IMG/VR virus record: IMGVR_UViG_3300043587_000032
Location: 1 to 61,315 of that record
Strand: one strand, 5' to 3'
DNA from: a virus
Taxonomy: Duplodnaviria; Caudoviricetes
DNA: 61,315 bases
This document shows, in pieces, positions 37,269 to 46,433 of this stretch. The notes under the pieces were generated by a model. The model was not told the origin of the DNA. It was given only the letters and a program-made list of their open reading frames with translations, and searched no databases. The first letter of the stretch is position 1. Every line of letters starts with the position of its first letter. A program made the position numbers and the translations under genes.

Positions 37269-37583
37269 ATGTCGAACCGTTTCTCCAGCGTCAACGCGGA
37301 AAAGGGCACCGCACTGGCCGACGTGAAAAGCCTGCTTGATCAGGTCGCCGATCGGCTCGAGGCCACGGACGTGGACGCCAGCGACTCCCGCGTGCGTGCG
37401 GGGCTCCAGGGCATCGGCCTGGCACTGAACGTGCTTTCCACGGTGCCAAGCCTGAACGAGCGGCCGGGCGCCGGTGTCGCGCCAACCGAGCCGGACGGCG
37501 AGCCGGTCAAGGCGCCCCGCAAAAAGACCGCCCTCCAGCGTGCCGCGGACCCTGAGCCCGGCGATGTAATCGAGCAGGACTGA
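37269..37583 (+). CDS. Hypothetical protein
   Basis: GAAGGGA RBS; followed by a terminator. Confidence 0.6.
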   Translation: MSNRFSSVNAEKGTALADVKSLLDQVADRLEATDVDASDSRVRAGLQGIGLALNVLSTVPSLNERPGAGVAPTEPDGEPVKAPRKKTALQRAADPEPGDVIEQD

Positions 37584-37623
37584 GCATGTAGTCTCGCTCC
37601 CGTGTGGTCGGGATGCCGCGCGA

Positions 37624-37655
37624 GAAGGCCCCCTGGTTGTGACCGGGGGGCCTTC
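37624..37655. terminator. Bidirectional hairpin
   Basis: GAAGGCCCCC..GGGGGCCTTC between convergent genes. Confidence 0.7.
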
Positions 37656-37656
37656 G

Positions 37657-37899
37657 TCATGCCGGGATGAGGATCCGCCAGCACGGCGGCATGGCGTCCG
37701 TGTCGTGACCCACCCAGATTTCGAACTCGGGCCCGCCAATCATCGGCAGCGCCCACACCACGCGGTCCGGATCAAGGAGAAGGCGCTCGATCGATACGAC
37801 CGTGGCCATATAGCCGTGCTCGTTGACGATCTGGATGCCGATGAGTGCGTCTGTGCAGATGTCGACGATCAGGGCGAGGTCGTCCACCGGCGCGCTCAT
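37657..37899 (-). CDS. Hypothetical protein
   Basis: ATGA coupled. Confidence 0.55.
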   Translation of the reverse strand: MSAPVDDLALIVDICTDALIGIQIVNEHGYMATVVSIERLLLDPDRVVWALPMIGGPEFEIWVGHDTDAMPPCWRILIPA

Positions 37900-38159
37900 G
37901 CGTCGCCGTCCAGGCGCAGCTTCTCGCGCAGCTGCATGGAGACGGGGCGGCCGTCGAGCTCGTCGTCCTCGCCCAGTACGGGGATGAGCTTCCGTGCGAG
38001 ATCCTGATCGGTGATGTTCTCTGCGCGCCGGAGAAGCTCATCCGCGATGGCCTGGCCGTTGATGTGGGTGAAGCCTTCGCCCCACGCGACTTTCAGCGCC
38101 TCCAGGGGGAGCTTGCTCACCGGCTTGGTCGAGTTCATGTTCTGCGGCTCTTTGCTCAT
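37896..38159 (-). CDS. Hypothetical protein
   Basis: Leaderless after TAGATT. Confidence 0.6.
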   Translation of the reverse strand: MSKEPQNMNSTKPVSKLPLEALKVAWGEGFTHINGQAIADELLRRAENITDQDLARKLIPVLGEDDELDGRPVSMQLREKLRLDGDA

Positions 38160-38232
38160 GGGATCAATCTATCCCCCTATTCAGGGGTGGTCAAGGGTTG
38201 TGTCCCCCTCGTTTGGGGGGTATGTTGTGGGT
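38160..38232. promoter_or_regulatory. Back-to-back pair of C/G-palindrome promoters
   Basis: Minus: TTGACC..G5-A-TAGATT-N6-ATG; plus: TTGTGT-C5-N6-G6-TATGTT-N6-ATG. Confidence 0.8.
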
Positions 38233-38439
38233 ATGGACGAAACGACGCGCATCCTCCGCACCGCAATTGCCGACGGCCGAATTCACCTTCACGGGGCCAC
38301 CTGGATGATCCGCCCGGCCGCGAACATCGCAGGCCTCACCGTGCTCGACGAAGATGCCGAACTGATCCTCGACGAATGGTTCGAGACCGGCAAGATCGTC
38401 ACCGGCACCCACTCCGGCACCGCAAGCTGGGTCTCATGA
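38233..38439 (+). CDS. Small protein, tandem paralogue 1 of 3
   Basis: Leaderless; RIHLHGATWMIR..LDEW..G...W. Confidence 0.65.
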   Translation: MDETTRILRTAIADGRIHLHGATWMIRPAANIAGLTVLDEDAELILDEWFETGKIVTGTHSGTASWVS

Positions 38440-38642
38440 CGCCCCGCGAGGATGTCCTCTACGACGCCGTAATCGACCACCGCGTCGAGCTGCACGGCAC
38501 CGAGTGGTGGATTCGCACCGAACTCACCCGCGAAGCCGCCCCTGCCGATGCCGATGACGCGTTCCTGCTCGATGAGTGGATCAAGGATCGGCTGTGCGTC
38601 GTCTCAACCGGCAACGTGTACTGGCAGGGCCCCACCCCATGA
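38436..38642 (+). CDS. Small protein, tandem paralogue 2 of 3
   Basis: ATGA coupled; RVELHGTEWWIR..REAAP..LDEW. Confidence 0.65.
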   Translation: MTPREDVLYDAVIDHRVELHGTEWWIRTELTREAAPADADDAFLLDEWIKDRLCVVSTGNVYWQGPTP

Positions 38643-38836
38643 GGCCTGAGCGGCTGGCCATGCTCATCAGGTTGGCGTGCGTGCGGCAACAGAACGGGAA
38701 GTGGGAAGTAGCCCTGACTGGCGTGTGGCGCGAAGCTGCACCCGAGGATGCCGCCCGGCTCGATGAGGCGATGACGAAGGGGCGGATCGGCCTGATGTTC
38801 CTGTCCGGCAAGGCCGTCTGGCTAGTGGAGCCCTAG
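38639..38836 (+). CDS. Small protein, tandem paralogue 3 of 3
   Basis: ATGA coupled; REAAPEDAARLDE..GKAVW. Confidence 0.6.
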   Translation: MRPERLAMLIRLACVRQQNGKWEVALTGVWREAAPEDAARLDEAMTKGRIGLMFLSGKAVWLVEP

Positions 38837-39591
38837 CCGCCCTCGACCGGCGCCGCATCCTTCACGCAGACGCGCACCGTCTTCGGGGGGATGTCGGCGC
38901 TGGTCGCGTCCTCGACGTGGTAACCGGCCTCGCAGGCAGGCCCCGCCGGTCCAGCCGGGCCCTCGGGACCTTCCGGACCCCGGCACGGCTGATTGGCCCC
39001 CTGGCAGAACTCCTGCACCTGAGCAAGCAACTGAGCATCCGTCGCCGGTGGCGCATCCTTGCCGTTCTCGCCGTTCTGCCCCGCCGGGCCCACACACCGA
39101 TCGTTCGCGCACACCGCCTGCACCGCGGCCAAGATCTGATCCTGCGTCGGCAGCGGCGCGTCCTTGCCGGGCTTCCCATCGGCGGGCCGGTTCGCGTTGT
39201 AGACCTGCGTCACCAGCGCCAGCACCTGATCGGACGTGACGACCTTCCCGGCGATCTGCGACTGCACGATCGCGATCACGTCCGAGCGCGCAAGCCCGTC
39301 GGCCACGGCCGGTTGCGGCTGCCCGTCGACGGCCGACTTCGCCTTATCGATCTTCTCCCCGCACGCCCCCAACGCCGCAAGGTCTTTCGCCAGCTGGTCA
39401 GTGCGCTTGCACAGCACGTCGAGCGTCAGCACCGCGGGCGCCGTGTCGGACGCGATCGTGTTTGCGCGGTTCTCCTGCCCCTGCCCGGACACCAGGATGG
39501 CCACCCCGAGCCCGGCGACCACCAGCAGGGCCACGACGGCGAGGCCGATCAGGAGCGGCGATGCGGCCCGGGACTTCGTGGCGGCAGTCAT
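38833..39591 (-). CDS. Membrane-anchored collagen-repeat protein
   Basis: N-terminal TM segment, GxY triplets (GPEGPEGPAGPAGP), paired Cys. Confidence 0.7.
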   Translation of the reverse strand: MTAATKSRAASPLLIGLAVVALLVVAGLGVAILVSGQGQENRANTIASDTAPAVLTLDVLCKRTDQLAKDLAALGACGEKIDKAKSAVDGQPQPAVADGLARSDVIAIVQSQIAGKVVTSDQVLALVTQVYNANRPADGKPGKDAPLPTQDQILAAVQAVCANDRCVGPAGQNGENGKDAPPATDAQLLAQVQEFCQGANQPCRGPEGPEGPAGPAGPACEAGYHVEDATSADIPPKTVRVCVKDAAPVEGG

Positions 39592-39929
39592 TTCGTCTTG
39601 CCCTTCAGGTCGTCGGCGAGCCCTTTCACGAGCTCCCCGAGTTGCTGCATCTCCGGGTTGTTCGTCGCGTCGGCGCGCCCGAGCAGGTAATCCGCCGTGG
39701 CCTTCGGGGGCAGGGGAGGCCACAAGGGGTGCTGGTCCCACCCTTCGGATGCAGCCAACGTACGCACACGATAGCCCCATCCCATGAGCTCGACGTTGAT
39801 GTCCCGGACGGCGACCAGGTCTGTGACCTGGCGATCCTTGCGCTTCGCCCGGAGGCCGATGAGCCCGATGATGAAGGTGAGGAAGGTGAGCGCGGCGCCA
39901 CCGAGGGCGCCCAGTGCGGTGAGGTTCAT
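39588..39929 (-). CDS. Single-TM membrane protein
   Basis: TM segment followed by a basic stretch. Confidence 0.65.
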   Translation of the reverse strand: MNLTALGALGGAALTFLTFIIGLIGLRAKRKDRQVTDLVAVRDINVELMGWGYRVRTLAASEGWDQHPLWPPLPPKATADYLLGRADATNNPEMQQLGELVKGLADDLKGKTK

Positions 39930-40327
39930 CTGACGGCCTCGCGCATGTCGGCGTTGTACGAGAACGCGAGGATGCCGTGGACCGCGGCGAGGGCGATGGT
40001 GCAGACCGGCAGCAGGTGTGTGCCGTGGGCAGCGATGGCGCCGACCTCGAGGGCGAAGGCGTAGGCCAGCCAGCTGGAGCCGGTGAGTAGATGTGCCACA
40101 TGCAGCAACCTATGCGTACGCAGCGCGACTACCAGGCAGATACCCGTGGCACCGAACCACGTGATCCACACCGGCCCGAGAGCGTTAATGGCCACCACCA
40201 CAGACGTGGTCGTCGGCACCGCAGGGTAGACCAGCCGAGGAAAGACGTGCAGCAAAGCCACCGCGAGGTGCACGATCACGAGCGTGACCGAGGTTGCCCA
40301 CCGGCCGGGGATGCGTGGGTGTGGCAC
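39926..40327 (-). CDS. Multi-TM membrane protein (holin-like)
   Basis: About four hydrophobic segments; GGGAGGA RBS. Confidence 0.65.
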   Translation of the reverse strand: MPHPRIPGRWATSVTLVIVHLAVALLHVFPRLVYPAVPTTTSVVVAINALGPVWITWFGATGICLVVALRTHRLLHVAHLLTGSSWLAYAFALEVGAIAAHGTHLLPVCTIALAAVHGILAFSYNADMREAVR

Positions 40328-40342
40328 GCGTCCTCCCTTCGG

Positions 40343-40591
40343 TCAGTCCTTGCCCTTGTGGCCCTTGTCAAACAGGGCGCGTCCGGCTGGCGTGGCACGC
40401 ATGATGTTCGTCGCGAGCCCGGCCGCCATCTTCACCGGCACGCCTTCCTTGACCAGCGCCGCGCGCAACGTCGTCCACGGGTGCGCCGCTCCCATATACC
40501 GGGCCGACCCCTTGGGGCCGATCCAGTACTTCCAGAGCGCCGACCCGCGGCCGTACGGCAGCTTGCTGGCTAGCTCCTCACCGGGAAAGGG
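40343..40591 (-). CDS. Probable -1 frameshift extension of the maturation protease
   Basis: LWKYWIGPKG..HPWTTLR domain in the -1 frame after C CCT TTC. Confidence 0.55.
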   Translation of the reverse strand, partial: PFPGEELASKLPYGRGSALWKYWIGPKGSARYMGAAHPWTTLRAALVKEGVPVKMAAGLATNIMRATPAGRALFDKGHKGKD

Positions 40592-42735
40592 CGCATCAGC
40601 TCTTCCAAGGCAATGCCTCGCTCCAGCTCCAGCGCGAGTGACGACTTCTCCGTGCCGAGCTTGTCCGGCGCGGCCTCCGGCGAGCGGCCCCACTGCCCAA
40701 GCAGGTCACCGAGCTTCGCCGCCACACGGGTAGCGAGCTCGTCGTAGTCGATCCCGCCGGGCCCGAACGCGATCGCCGGACGGGTCGCACCGGCCGCGGT
40801 CATCGCCATCGGGACACCCGACGCTACGCGCGCCCTGGTAACCGGGTAGCCCGGGGTGTTGACCGAGAGCACCGCCACCATCTCGAGGTGCCCGCCGTAG
40901 TTGCGCCAGTCGCCGGACGGCGCCGCGGCCAGCAGGCGCGCACGGTCACGCTCAGACAGCTCGGGGTCGATCGCCCCGGCGATCCAGATGCCGAAGGTGT
41001 CCTCCCCTGCCGCCACGTCGGCCGCGTTGGTGCCGGTGTTGTCGTAGTGCGCGACGGTGTCGGCGGCGTTGGCGGACAGTTCGGCGTGCCCGGTGTCCAT
41101 CGTGAGGTGGCCGACGGCGACCGTGCGGCGTGCACCTTCGTCGTCGAGGGCGAAGCGGGCGCCGGTCATGAAGTAGGCGTAGTCGGTGCCCGAGCGCGGC
41201 GGCGGCGTGCACTGGCGTGAGATGCCGATGTGGCAGGTGCCCCACGTTGCGATGTGCCCGAAGATCTGGCCGGTGTCCGGGTCGATCTGGAGCGGCGTCG
41301 GGCCGTCGAGCTTCGGGTCCTCGAACCAGGCGACCGGCGGCAGTTCGGCGAGCTTCTTCTTCAGGAAGTCCGGCTTGCCCTTGGCCTTCGTCTTGGTCTT
41401 CGGGTCATCTTCGTCGTCAGCCTTCTTCGCCTTGGCGTTCTTCAGGAACTGCGGCGGGATCTTGCCGAACTCCTCGACCGCACACGAGAGGCAGTCGTCT
41501 CCGAGCTCGCTCGCGGAGAACGCGGCCGCGGTGATGGTCGCGACGCCCTTGGACTCGAGCAGGGCGCGCAGCTTCTCGAGCGTGTCGGCGGCGGCCAGCT
41601 CCTCCGCGGGCATGCCGGGGCGCGAGCCGTCGATCTCGACGTACGCGTCGGGGAATGCCGGGATGGCGCACAGGGTGGTGGCAGCGATGACGCCCTTGGA
41701 CACGGCCGTCTGGGTGGTCTCTTCGCCGTCCTCGCCGTAGGTCACGTCCTCGACCCAATCGAGCTCCGAGAGATCCACCGAGTTGCCGGTGAGGTAGCCC
41801 TTCGCGGCGAGCTTGCCGCCGACGGACTCGGGGTCGGCGGTGCCGCGTCCCTGCCAGACGAAGGTGCCTTCCGGGAGTGGCTCACCGGTCTGCTTCGAGA
41901 TGAACTCGGGGCCGGGAATCTTCCAGGCTTCGTCGAGCTTGCCCATGATCTCGGCTTTGGCGTGTCCGCCGTCGCTGCCCGGGTTGACGGTCTGCGCGAG
42001 GATGCTGATGGGCAGTGCCCTGGTGGTGAGCGCGCCGGGGTGGATGAACCGGCCGTCAGCGGTGGCCTTGCCCTCGACGGCGAGGCAGGGGAAGAAAAGC
42101 TGGAGCTCGCCGTCCTTCTCGGTGACGACCGGCGTCGCGGTCTCCGTGCTGGTCATCTCCATCACTCCGTTTCCTGCGTACCTCGAGGGCGGCGTCATGT
42201 CGCCCGCCTGGTCGTCGCCCCACCCGGTCAGCGGGAAGTCGTGATCCTTGCCTGCCAGTGCCAGCCGGACCGTGGAGAAGCGCGCCGTGCCCTTCGCCTT
42301 GGGGAGGGTGGTCTCCGGCAGTTCGTACCCGGCGCAGATGTGCGGCGCCCACGGCTCGAACTGCTTCGGGTAGCGGCCGGTGCCGAGCACCGACACTCCA
42401 ATATCACGGGCGTACTGGTTCGCGTCCTGCATGGCGAAGGTCGGCGTCAGCGTGGTGTTCGTCGAGGGCTTGTGCTTGCCGTCCGGCCCGCCGTCGCGAT
42501 TCCAGATCGCCGGGCCCATGATCTGCGCCTCGATCGGCCCCAAGTTGGTGGCCATCCGGGCGACGCGCTCGATGAGCTCCTCGCGGGTGGCATCGTCGAG
42601 GTCGGTCACGTCGTCACCGAGGAACACCAGGGTGCAGTGGATGACGCCGGTGGGATCCCCTCCGGGCACGGTGAACTGGCCAGGCGAGTCCGGGATAAGG
42701 GCGATCATGCCGCCGGTCTGCACGTCGTCAGCCAC
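40570..42735 (-). CDS. Capsid maturation protease with N-terminal 2H phosphoesterase domain
   Basis: HCTL/PHIC 2H motifs; TADGR..GH..GNSVDL..IPAF; GHIATWGTCH; SGDWR..VNTPGYP. Confidence 0.8.
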   Translation of the reverse strand: MADDVQTGGMIALIPDSPGQFTVPGGDPTGVIHCTLVFLGDDVTDLDDATREELIERVARMATNLGPIEAQIMGPAIWNRDGGPDGKHKPSTNTTLTPTFAMQDANQYARDIGVSVLGTGRYPKQFEPWAPHICAGYELPETTLPKAKGTARFSTVRLALAGKDHDFPLTGWGDDQAGDMTPPSRYAGNGVMEMTSTETATPVVTEKDGELQLFFPCLAVEGKATADGRFIHPGALTTRALPISILAQTVNPGSDGGHAKAEIMGKLDEAWKIPGPEFISKQTGEPLPEGTFVWQGRGTADPESVGGKLAAKGYLTGNSVDLSELDWVEDVTYGEDGEETTQTAVSKGVIAATTLCAIPAFPDAYVEIDGSRPGMPAEELAAADTLEKLRALLESKGVATITAAAFSASELGDDCLSCAVEEFGKIPPQFLKNAKAKKADDEDDPKTKTKAKGKPDFLKKKLAELPPVAWFEDPKLDGPTPLQIDPDTGQIFGHIATWGTCHIGISRQCTPPPRSGTDYAYFMTGARFALDDEGARRTVAVGHLTMDTGHAELSANAADTVAHYDNTGTNAADVAAGEDTFGIWIAGAIDPELSERDRARLLAAAPSGDWRNYGGHLEMVAVLSVNTPGYPVTRARVASGVPMAMTAAGATRPAIAFGPGGIDYDELATRVAAKLGDLLGQWGRSPEAAPDKLGTEKSSLALELERGIALEELMRPFPVRS

Positions 42736-43036
42736 GGTCTTCCTCCGGAACGCTCGGGCACTCGGTCAGGTGATGCCAGGACCCGCCTACGGGATCGGCA
42801 CCGGGCAGGACGCCTTCGTGATTGTCTGCGGCCGGGTACTGGAGATCGTTCATGAAGATCCCCTTCGGGTTGAACACGGTGAGCCCCACCGCCAGGCGGT
42901 CTTCGCCGAAGTTCGTGTCGCCGACCTCGGTAACGATGGCGGCCCGGCACTGCGCCGTGTACGCCTGCGTCCCGTCCGCCAGCACCGGAGTGCCGTGGCT
43001 GACGTAGTGGACGATCTGACCTACGTAGGGGCTCAT
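42728..43036 (-). CDS. Conserved small phage protein
   Basis: VGQIVHYVSHGTP..CRAAIVTEV..GSWH. Confidence 0.65.
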   Translation of the reverse strand: MSPYVGQIVHYVSHGTPVLADGTQAYTAQCRAAIVTEVGDTNFGEDRLAVGLTVFNPKGIFMNDLQYPAADNHEGVLPGADPVGGSWHHLTECPSVPEEDRG

Positions 43037-43356
43037 CAGGCCTCGATCCATTTGCCGTTTCGGATGAAGCCGTGGGACTTGCAGGAGCACAGCAAAGACG
43101 GCTCGACGGTCAGCGGATCAAGCGACACCAGTTGCCACCTCGGGCCGGGCCGGTCAGCGTTCTCCGGCAGGTCGAACGTGATGCTGCCCGCGCACGGCTC
43201 CCCTACCGGGGTGTGGTCGCCTCCGGCGGCGGGGTGCACGTGGAAGAGACCGGCGGCCAGGCAATCGTGGTGCGAGGTGATCCGGGCATAGTGGCCGTTG
43301 CCCAGGTCGATCGCGCCTTCGCCTAGGAGGTCGAGCAGGTAATCCGAGTCGGCCAT
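43036..43356 (-). CDS. DUF6527-like protein
   Basis: PLTVEPSLLC.C..HGFIRNGKW. Confidence 0.65.
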   Translation of the reverse strand: MADSDYLLDLLGEGAIDLGNGHYARITSHHDCLAAGLFHVHPAAGGDHTPVGEPCAGSITFDLPENADRPGPRWQLVSLDPLTVEPSLLCSCKSHGFIRNGKWIEA

Positions 43357-43358
43357 GG

Positions 43359-45899
43359 TCACTCCCTGTCCAGCCACTTTTGCTGCACTGCGACCATACG
43401 ATCGCGCTGGTCCCGGGTGCGCTGACTGTGCGTGCCGGTGCGCCCGGCGGCGTCGTCGAGCTCGGCAAGGTGCCGCTCGCCGCGCATGGCGCCGGACTCT
43501 TCGTCGATGACGGACTGAGCGATGTCGTCGGCCTCGACCAGCGCCCACGATGGGACGTAGTCGCACATGCAGCCGGAGTGGTCGCCGGGCTTGTAGTGCG
43601 AGCCGATCCAGGCGTACTTCGGCTCGGGGATCAAGGCGGGATCGTCGTATCCCTCGAAGCGGCGCCCCGCGATAGCGAAGTGCGGCTCAAAGTGCCTCGA
43701 CCGGGGTGTCACCCCGTAGCGCCACGTGAAGCCCACACGGGGGCCCTGAGCGTCCAGTGTGCGCAGGATGTCGCCACCGAGCGCGATACCGCCGTCAGTG
43801 GTCGAGCCCCCGCCGATCTCCGAGAGCGCGTCCCGCACGTCGCCGGGCAGCACGATGGTGTCCGGCACTTCGCCGCGCAGTTCGTCACCGGCCCGGCCGT
43901 ACAGCTTCGCCATCGCCCGGTCCTTCAGGCTGCCCTCGAGCCGCTTCCAGGCGGCCGGGATCCGCGCCGTCATGGCCTGCGTCAGCGCTGCCAGCGTCGA
44001 GAGCGGCAGGTACGTCATCTCGGCTACGGCCTTCACGGACTGCGTGATGGCGTAGGTGGACCACTGGGTGAACTTGACCGCGAGGTAGGCGAAGGCGGCG
44101 GCGAGCAGGATGTCTTCGGTCAGCCCGAGCTCCTCGAGCCGGTCCCGGCCGACCATGGCGCACACGTCGACCGGGTCGGCACCCTTGACCTGGAGCGCCA
44201 ACGCGGCATCCTTGCCCTGCACCTTCGCCTTGACCTTGTTGCCCGCCTTCTCGAGCGCGCGAATCAGCGCGTCGTCGGCGGCCTGCATAATCCGGTCGCG
44301 TAGCGCGGCGTCGATCTCCGCGAGCCTGTCCCCCGACCTGACCTTGATGGCCGGTCCGCTCGAGGCCACCCGCACGCCGGAAGGTGCCGTGTCCGGCGCG
44401 GTGCTCGGGGTTCGCGGTGGGTCGCCGGGCCCACGGGGCATCTCCTCGATCTGGGCGGGCTGGCGCACCTGCCCCTGGATGATCTGCGGCGTCTGCTGGC
44501 GCTGCGTGCCGAGCATCTCCGCGGCCAGCTGGCTGAGCGTGTCCGGCGGCGTGGTGCCCTTGAACATCGCCAGCTGCTTCAGGTCTTCTTCGTCGGGCGC
44601 GTCGTCCTCGTTGAATCCCTTGGCCTTGCGGTACGCGACGTAGGACAGGCCGCCGCGATCCATGGCGGCGTCGGCATCGGCGGACCGGTTGGCGTTCTCG
44701 GTGATGTTCCCGGCGTCATACCAGATCTGAACGGAGAGGGCTTCGTCCTTCGTCAGGCCGTAGCCGTTGTCGGACTCGGGCAGCATCAGCAGGCGCCGGA
44801 AGTAGGACTCCGTGAGGGAGTCGACGATCAGGCGGCAGGACGGCTCGATGTGCTCCTTGAACTTGGCGGCGTCCATCATGGCGCCTGACCAGTGGTTCAT
44901 CTCGCCGACGCGCATGGCGTCGGACGGCAGGTCGAGGCCGTCGGCGATGCGGTTCAACGCGGCCTGCATCTTGCCGAGCAGGTCATCGGAGGTCTCGCGT
45001 TCGAAGCGGACGTGCCGAACTTCCTTCAGGTCTTCTGCTTCGCCGCGGACCAGGATGGGCGCGACGGATCCGGCGTCGCCCTCGTTCATGATCGGCGCGG
45101 TGATGGCGGCCGTGAAGTTGGCGCTGAAGCGGTCGTTCTCCGGGTCGAGCGTGGCACCCGAGCGCGCCATCAGCGTCAGCTCGTTGGGGATGAGGATGAT
45201 GCCGTTCGCGGCGATGCGGGACTTCGAGGCTGCCCGGATCTCGCGACCGGCCAAGATCACGTCTTCGCACACGTCGAGCATGGTGCGCAGCGGGGAATCG
45301 GCCAGGCCGGACCACTGGGGGTGTGGGACCCAGAGCCTGATCAGGGTCTCGGTCTTGGCGTTGATGGGGCGTGCGGCCCGGCCGGGGATGTCGATGATGC
45401 CGAGTCCGCCGTTGCCGGGGATGACTTCGCTGGTGGACCTGATCATCCACTGCTCGTCGCCGTACTGGTCGGGGAAGCCGTGTAGCCAGCATTCGCCGGG
45501 GATGTCGAACGACTGACTGATCATGCCCTGGAAGCGGTAGCCGGATCCGAACGGGAGCCGGGACAGGCAGTCGCGGGCGGCTTCCGCTACTCGCCTGTCC
45601 ACGGGGAGATCTTCGTCTGGCGTGGGGTTCCCGTCGCCGTCCTCGAGCACGATGATGTTCGGTTCGTCGTCTCCGCCGCTGACGGCGGCGATGGTGAACT
45701 GGACCTTGGAGATGATGTTCGCCTTGTTGCGCAGCGCGGACCCGAGCTCGGGGATGAGGTCCCGGTAGTTCCAGGCGATGGCTTGCCAGGCCATCTTGGT
45801 CTTGCCGAGATCGGTGATGCTGTTGCGGTCGCGGAGGTCGATGACCTGTCCGGATGCGGTGCTGGCGTTCCTGCGCTTCGTCGACCAGGGGAGGGGCAT
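43359..45899 (-). CDS. Portal protein with C-terminal MuF-like domain
   Basis: WQAIAW..IPGECW..RLW.PHP..ADSP..ANGIILIP..NHWS; C-terminal PGDHSGCMC. Confidence 0.85.
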   Translation of the reverse strand: MPLPWSTKRRNASTASGQVIDLRDRNSITDLGKTKMAWQAIAWNYRDLIPELGSALRNKANIISKVQFTIAAVSGGDDEPNIIVLEDGDGNPTPDEDLPVDRRVAEAARDCLSRLPFGSGYRFQGMISQSFDIPGECWLHGFPDQYGDEQWMIRSTSEVIPGNGGLGIIDIPGRAARPINAKTETLIRLWVPHPQWSGLADSPLRTMLDVCEDVILAGREIRAASKSRIAANGIILIPNELTLMARSGATLDPENDRFSANFTAAITAPIMNEGDAGSVAPILVRGEAEDLKEVRHVRFERETSDDLLGKMQAALNRIADGLDLPSDAMRVGEMNHWSGAMMDAAKFKEHIEPSCRLIVDSLTESYFRRLLMLPESDNGYGLTKDEALSVQIWYDAGNITENANRSADADAAMDRGGLSYVAYRKAKGFNEDDAPDEEDLKQLAMFKGTTPPDTLSQLAAEMLGTQRQQTPQIIQGQVRQPAQIEEMPRGPGDPPRTPSTAPDTAPSGVRVASSGPAIKVRSGDRLAEIDAALRDRIMQAADDALIRALEKAGNKVKAKVQGKDAALALQVKGADPVDVCAMVGRDRLEELGLTEDILLAAAFAYLAVKFTQWSTYAITQSVKAVAEMTYLPLSTLAALTQAMTARIPAAWKRLEGSLKDRAMAKLYGRAGDELRGEVPDTIVLPGDVRDALSEIGGGSTTDGGIALGGDILRTLDAQGPRVGFTWRYGVTPRSRHFEPHFAIAGRRFEGYDDPALIPEPKYAWIGSHYKPGDHSGCMCDYVPSWALVEADDIAQSVIDEESGAMRGERHLAELDDAAGRTGTHSQRTRDQRDRMVAVQQKWLDRE

Positions 45900-45906
45900 T
45901 AACGGT

Positions 45907-46242
45907 TCACTCCCTCGGTTCGCTCGCCTCGATCCAGTCGAGGAGTTCCGTGATCACGCCGGTTGTTGCTGAGAATGCCAGCACGCGGGCGGCGATGCTC
46001 CAGATACGCGGGGAGAGAGCGCGGGCGATGGTGACTCCGAGGGCGACGTACGGGGAGAGGCACCATGGGCAGGAGAGGAGCTCGTTGATCTTGTGGTGGT
46101 CGTGTTTGAGGAGCCAGGTGGCGACGCTGTCTCGGGCGGGTTCGGTGATGGAATCGACTTGAATGAGCCTGACCAGCCGATACGTCGCAGCTACGTCAAT
46201 CAGGGTTGACTGTGCGCCCGGGGATCCCGGCAACCGCTTCAC
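45907..46242 (-). CDS. DUF1360-like membrane protein
   Basis: ATYRLVRLI..DSITEP..LLSCPWC. Confidence 0.7.
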   Translation of the reverse strand: MKRLPGSPGAQSTLIDVAATYRLVRLIQVDSITEPARDSVATWLLKHDHHKINELLSCPWCLSPYVALGVTIARALSPRIWSIAARVLAFSATTGVITELLDWIEASEPRE

Positions 46243-46433
46243 CACTTGGCACGCTCCTCGGGGGTCTCTTTGAGCTCGCGAGCCAGGTCGGACAGGGCGG
46301 CTGCGCAGGCTTCCGACATCCACTCGATCTCGTTGTCCCCTCGGGCGGCTGCCTGCTTGACCAGGAAGTACATGGTCTCGGCCATGGCTTCCACCTGCTT
46401 GCGTGTCTCGGGCAGGTCGTCGAGATTGATCAT
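46239..46433 (-). CDS. Hypothetical protein
   Basis: MINLDD start, ATGA coupling. Confidence 0.5.
   Translation of the reverse strand: MINLDDLPETRKQVEAMAETMYFLVKQAAARGDNEIEWMSEACAAALSDLARELKETPEERAKW

Noticed and set aside
28937-38232. CRISPR array from the recurring C6/G6 repeat
   Set aside because: Spacing is irregular (hundreds to thousands of bp), whole genes lie between copies, and there are no cas genes
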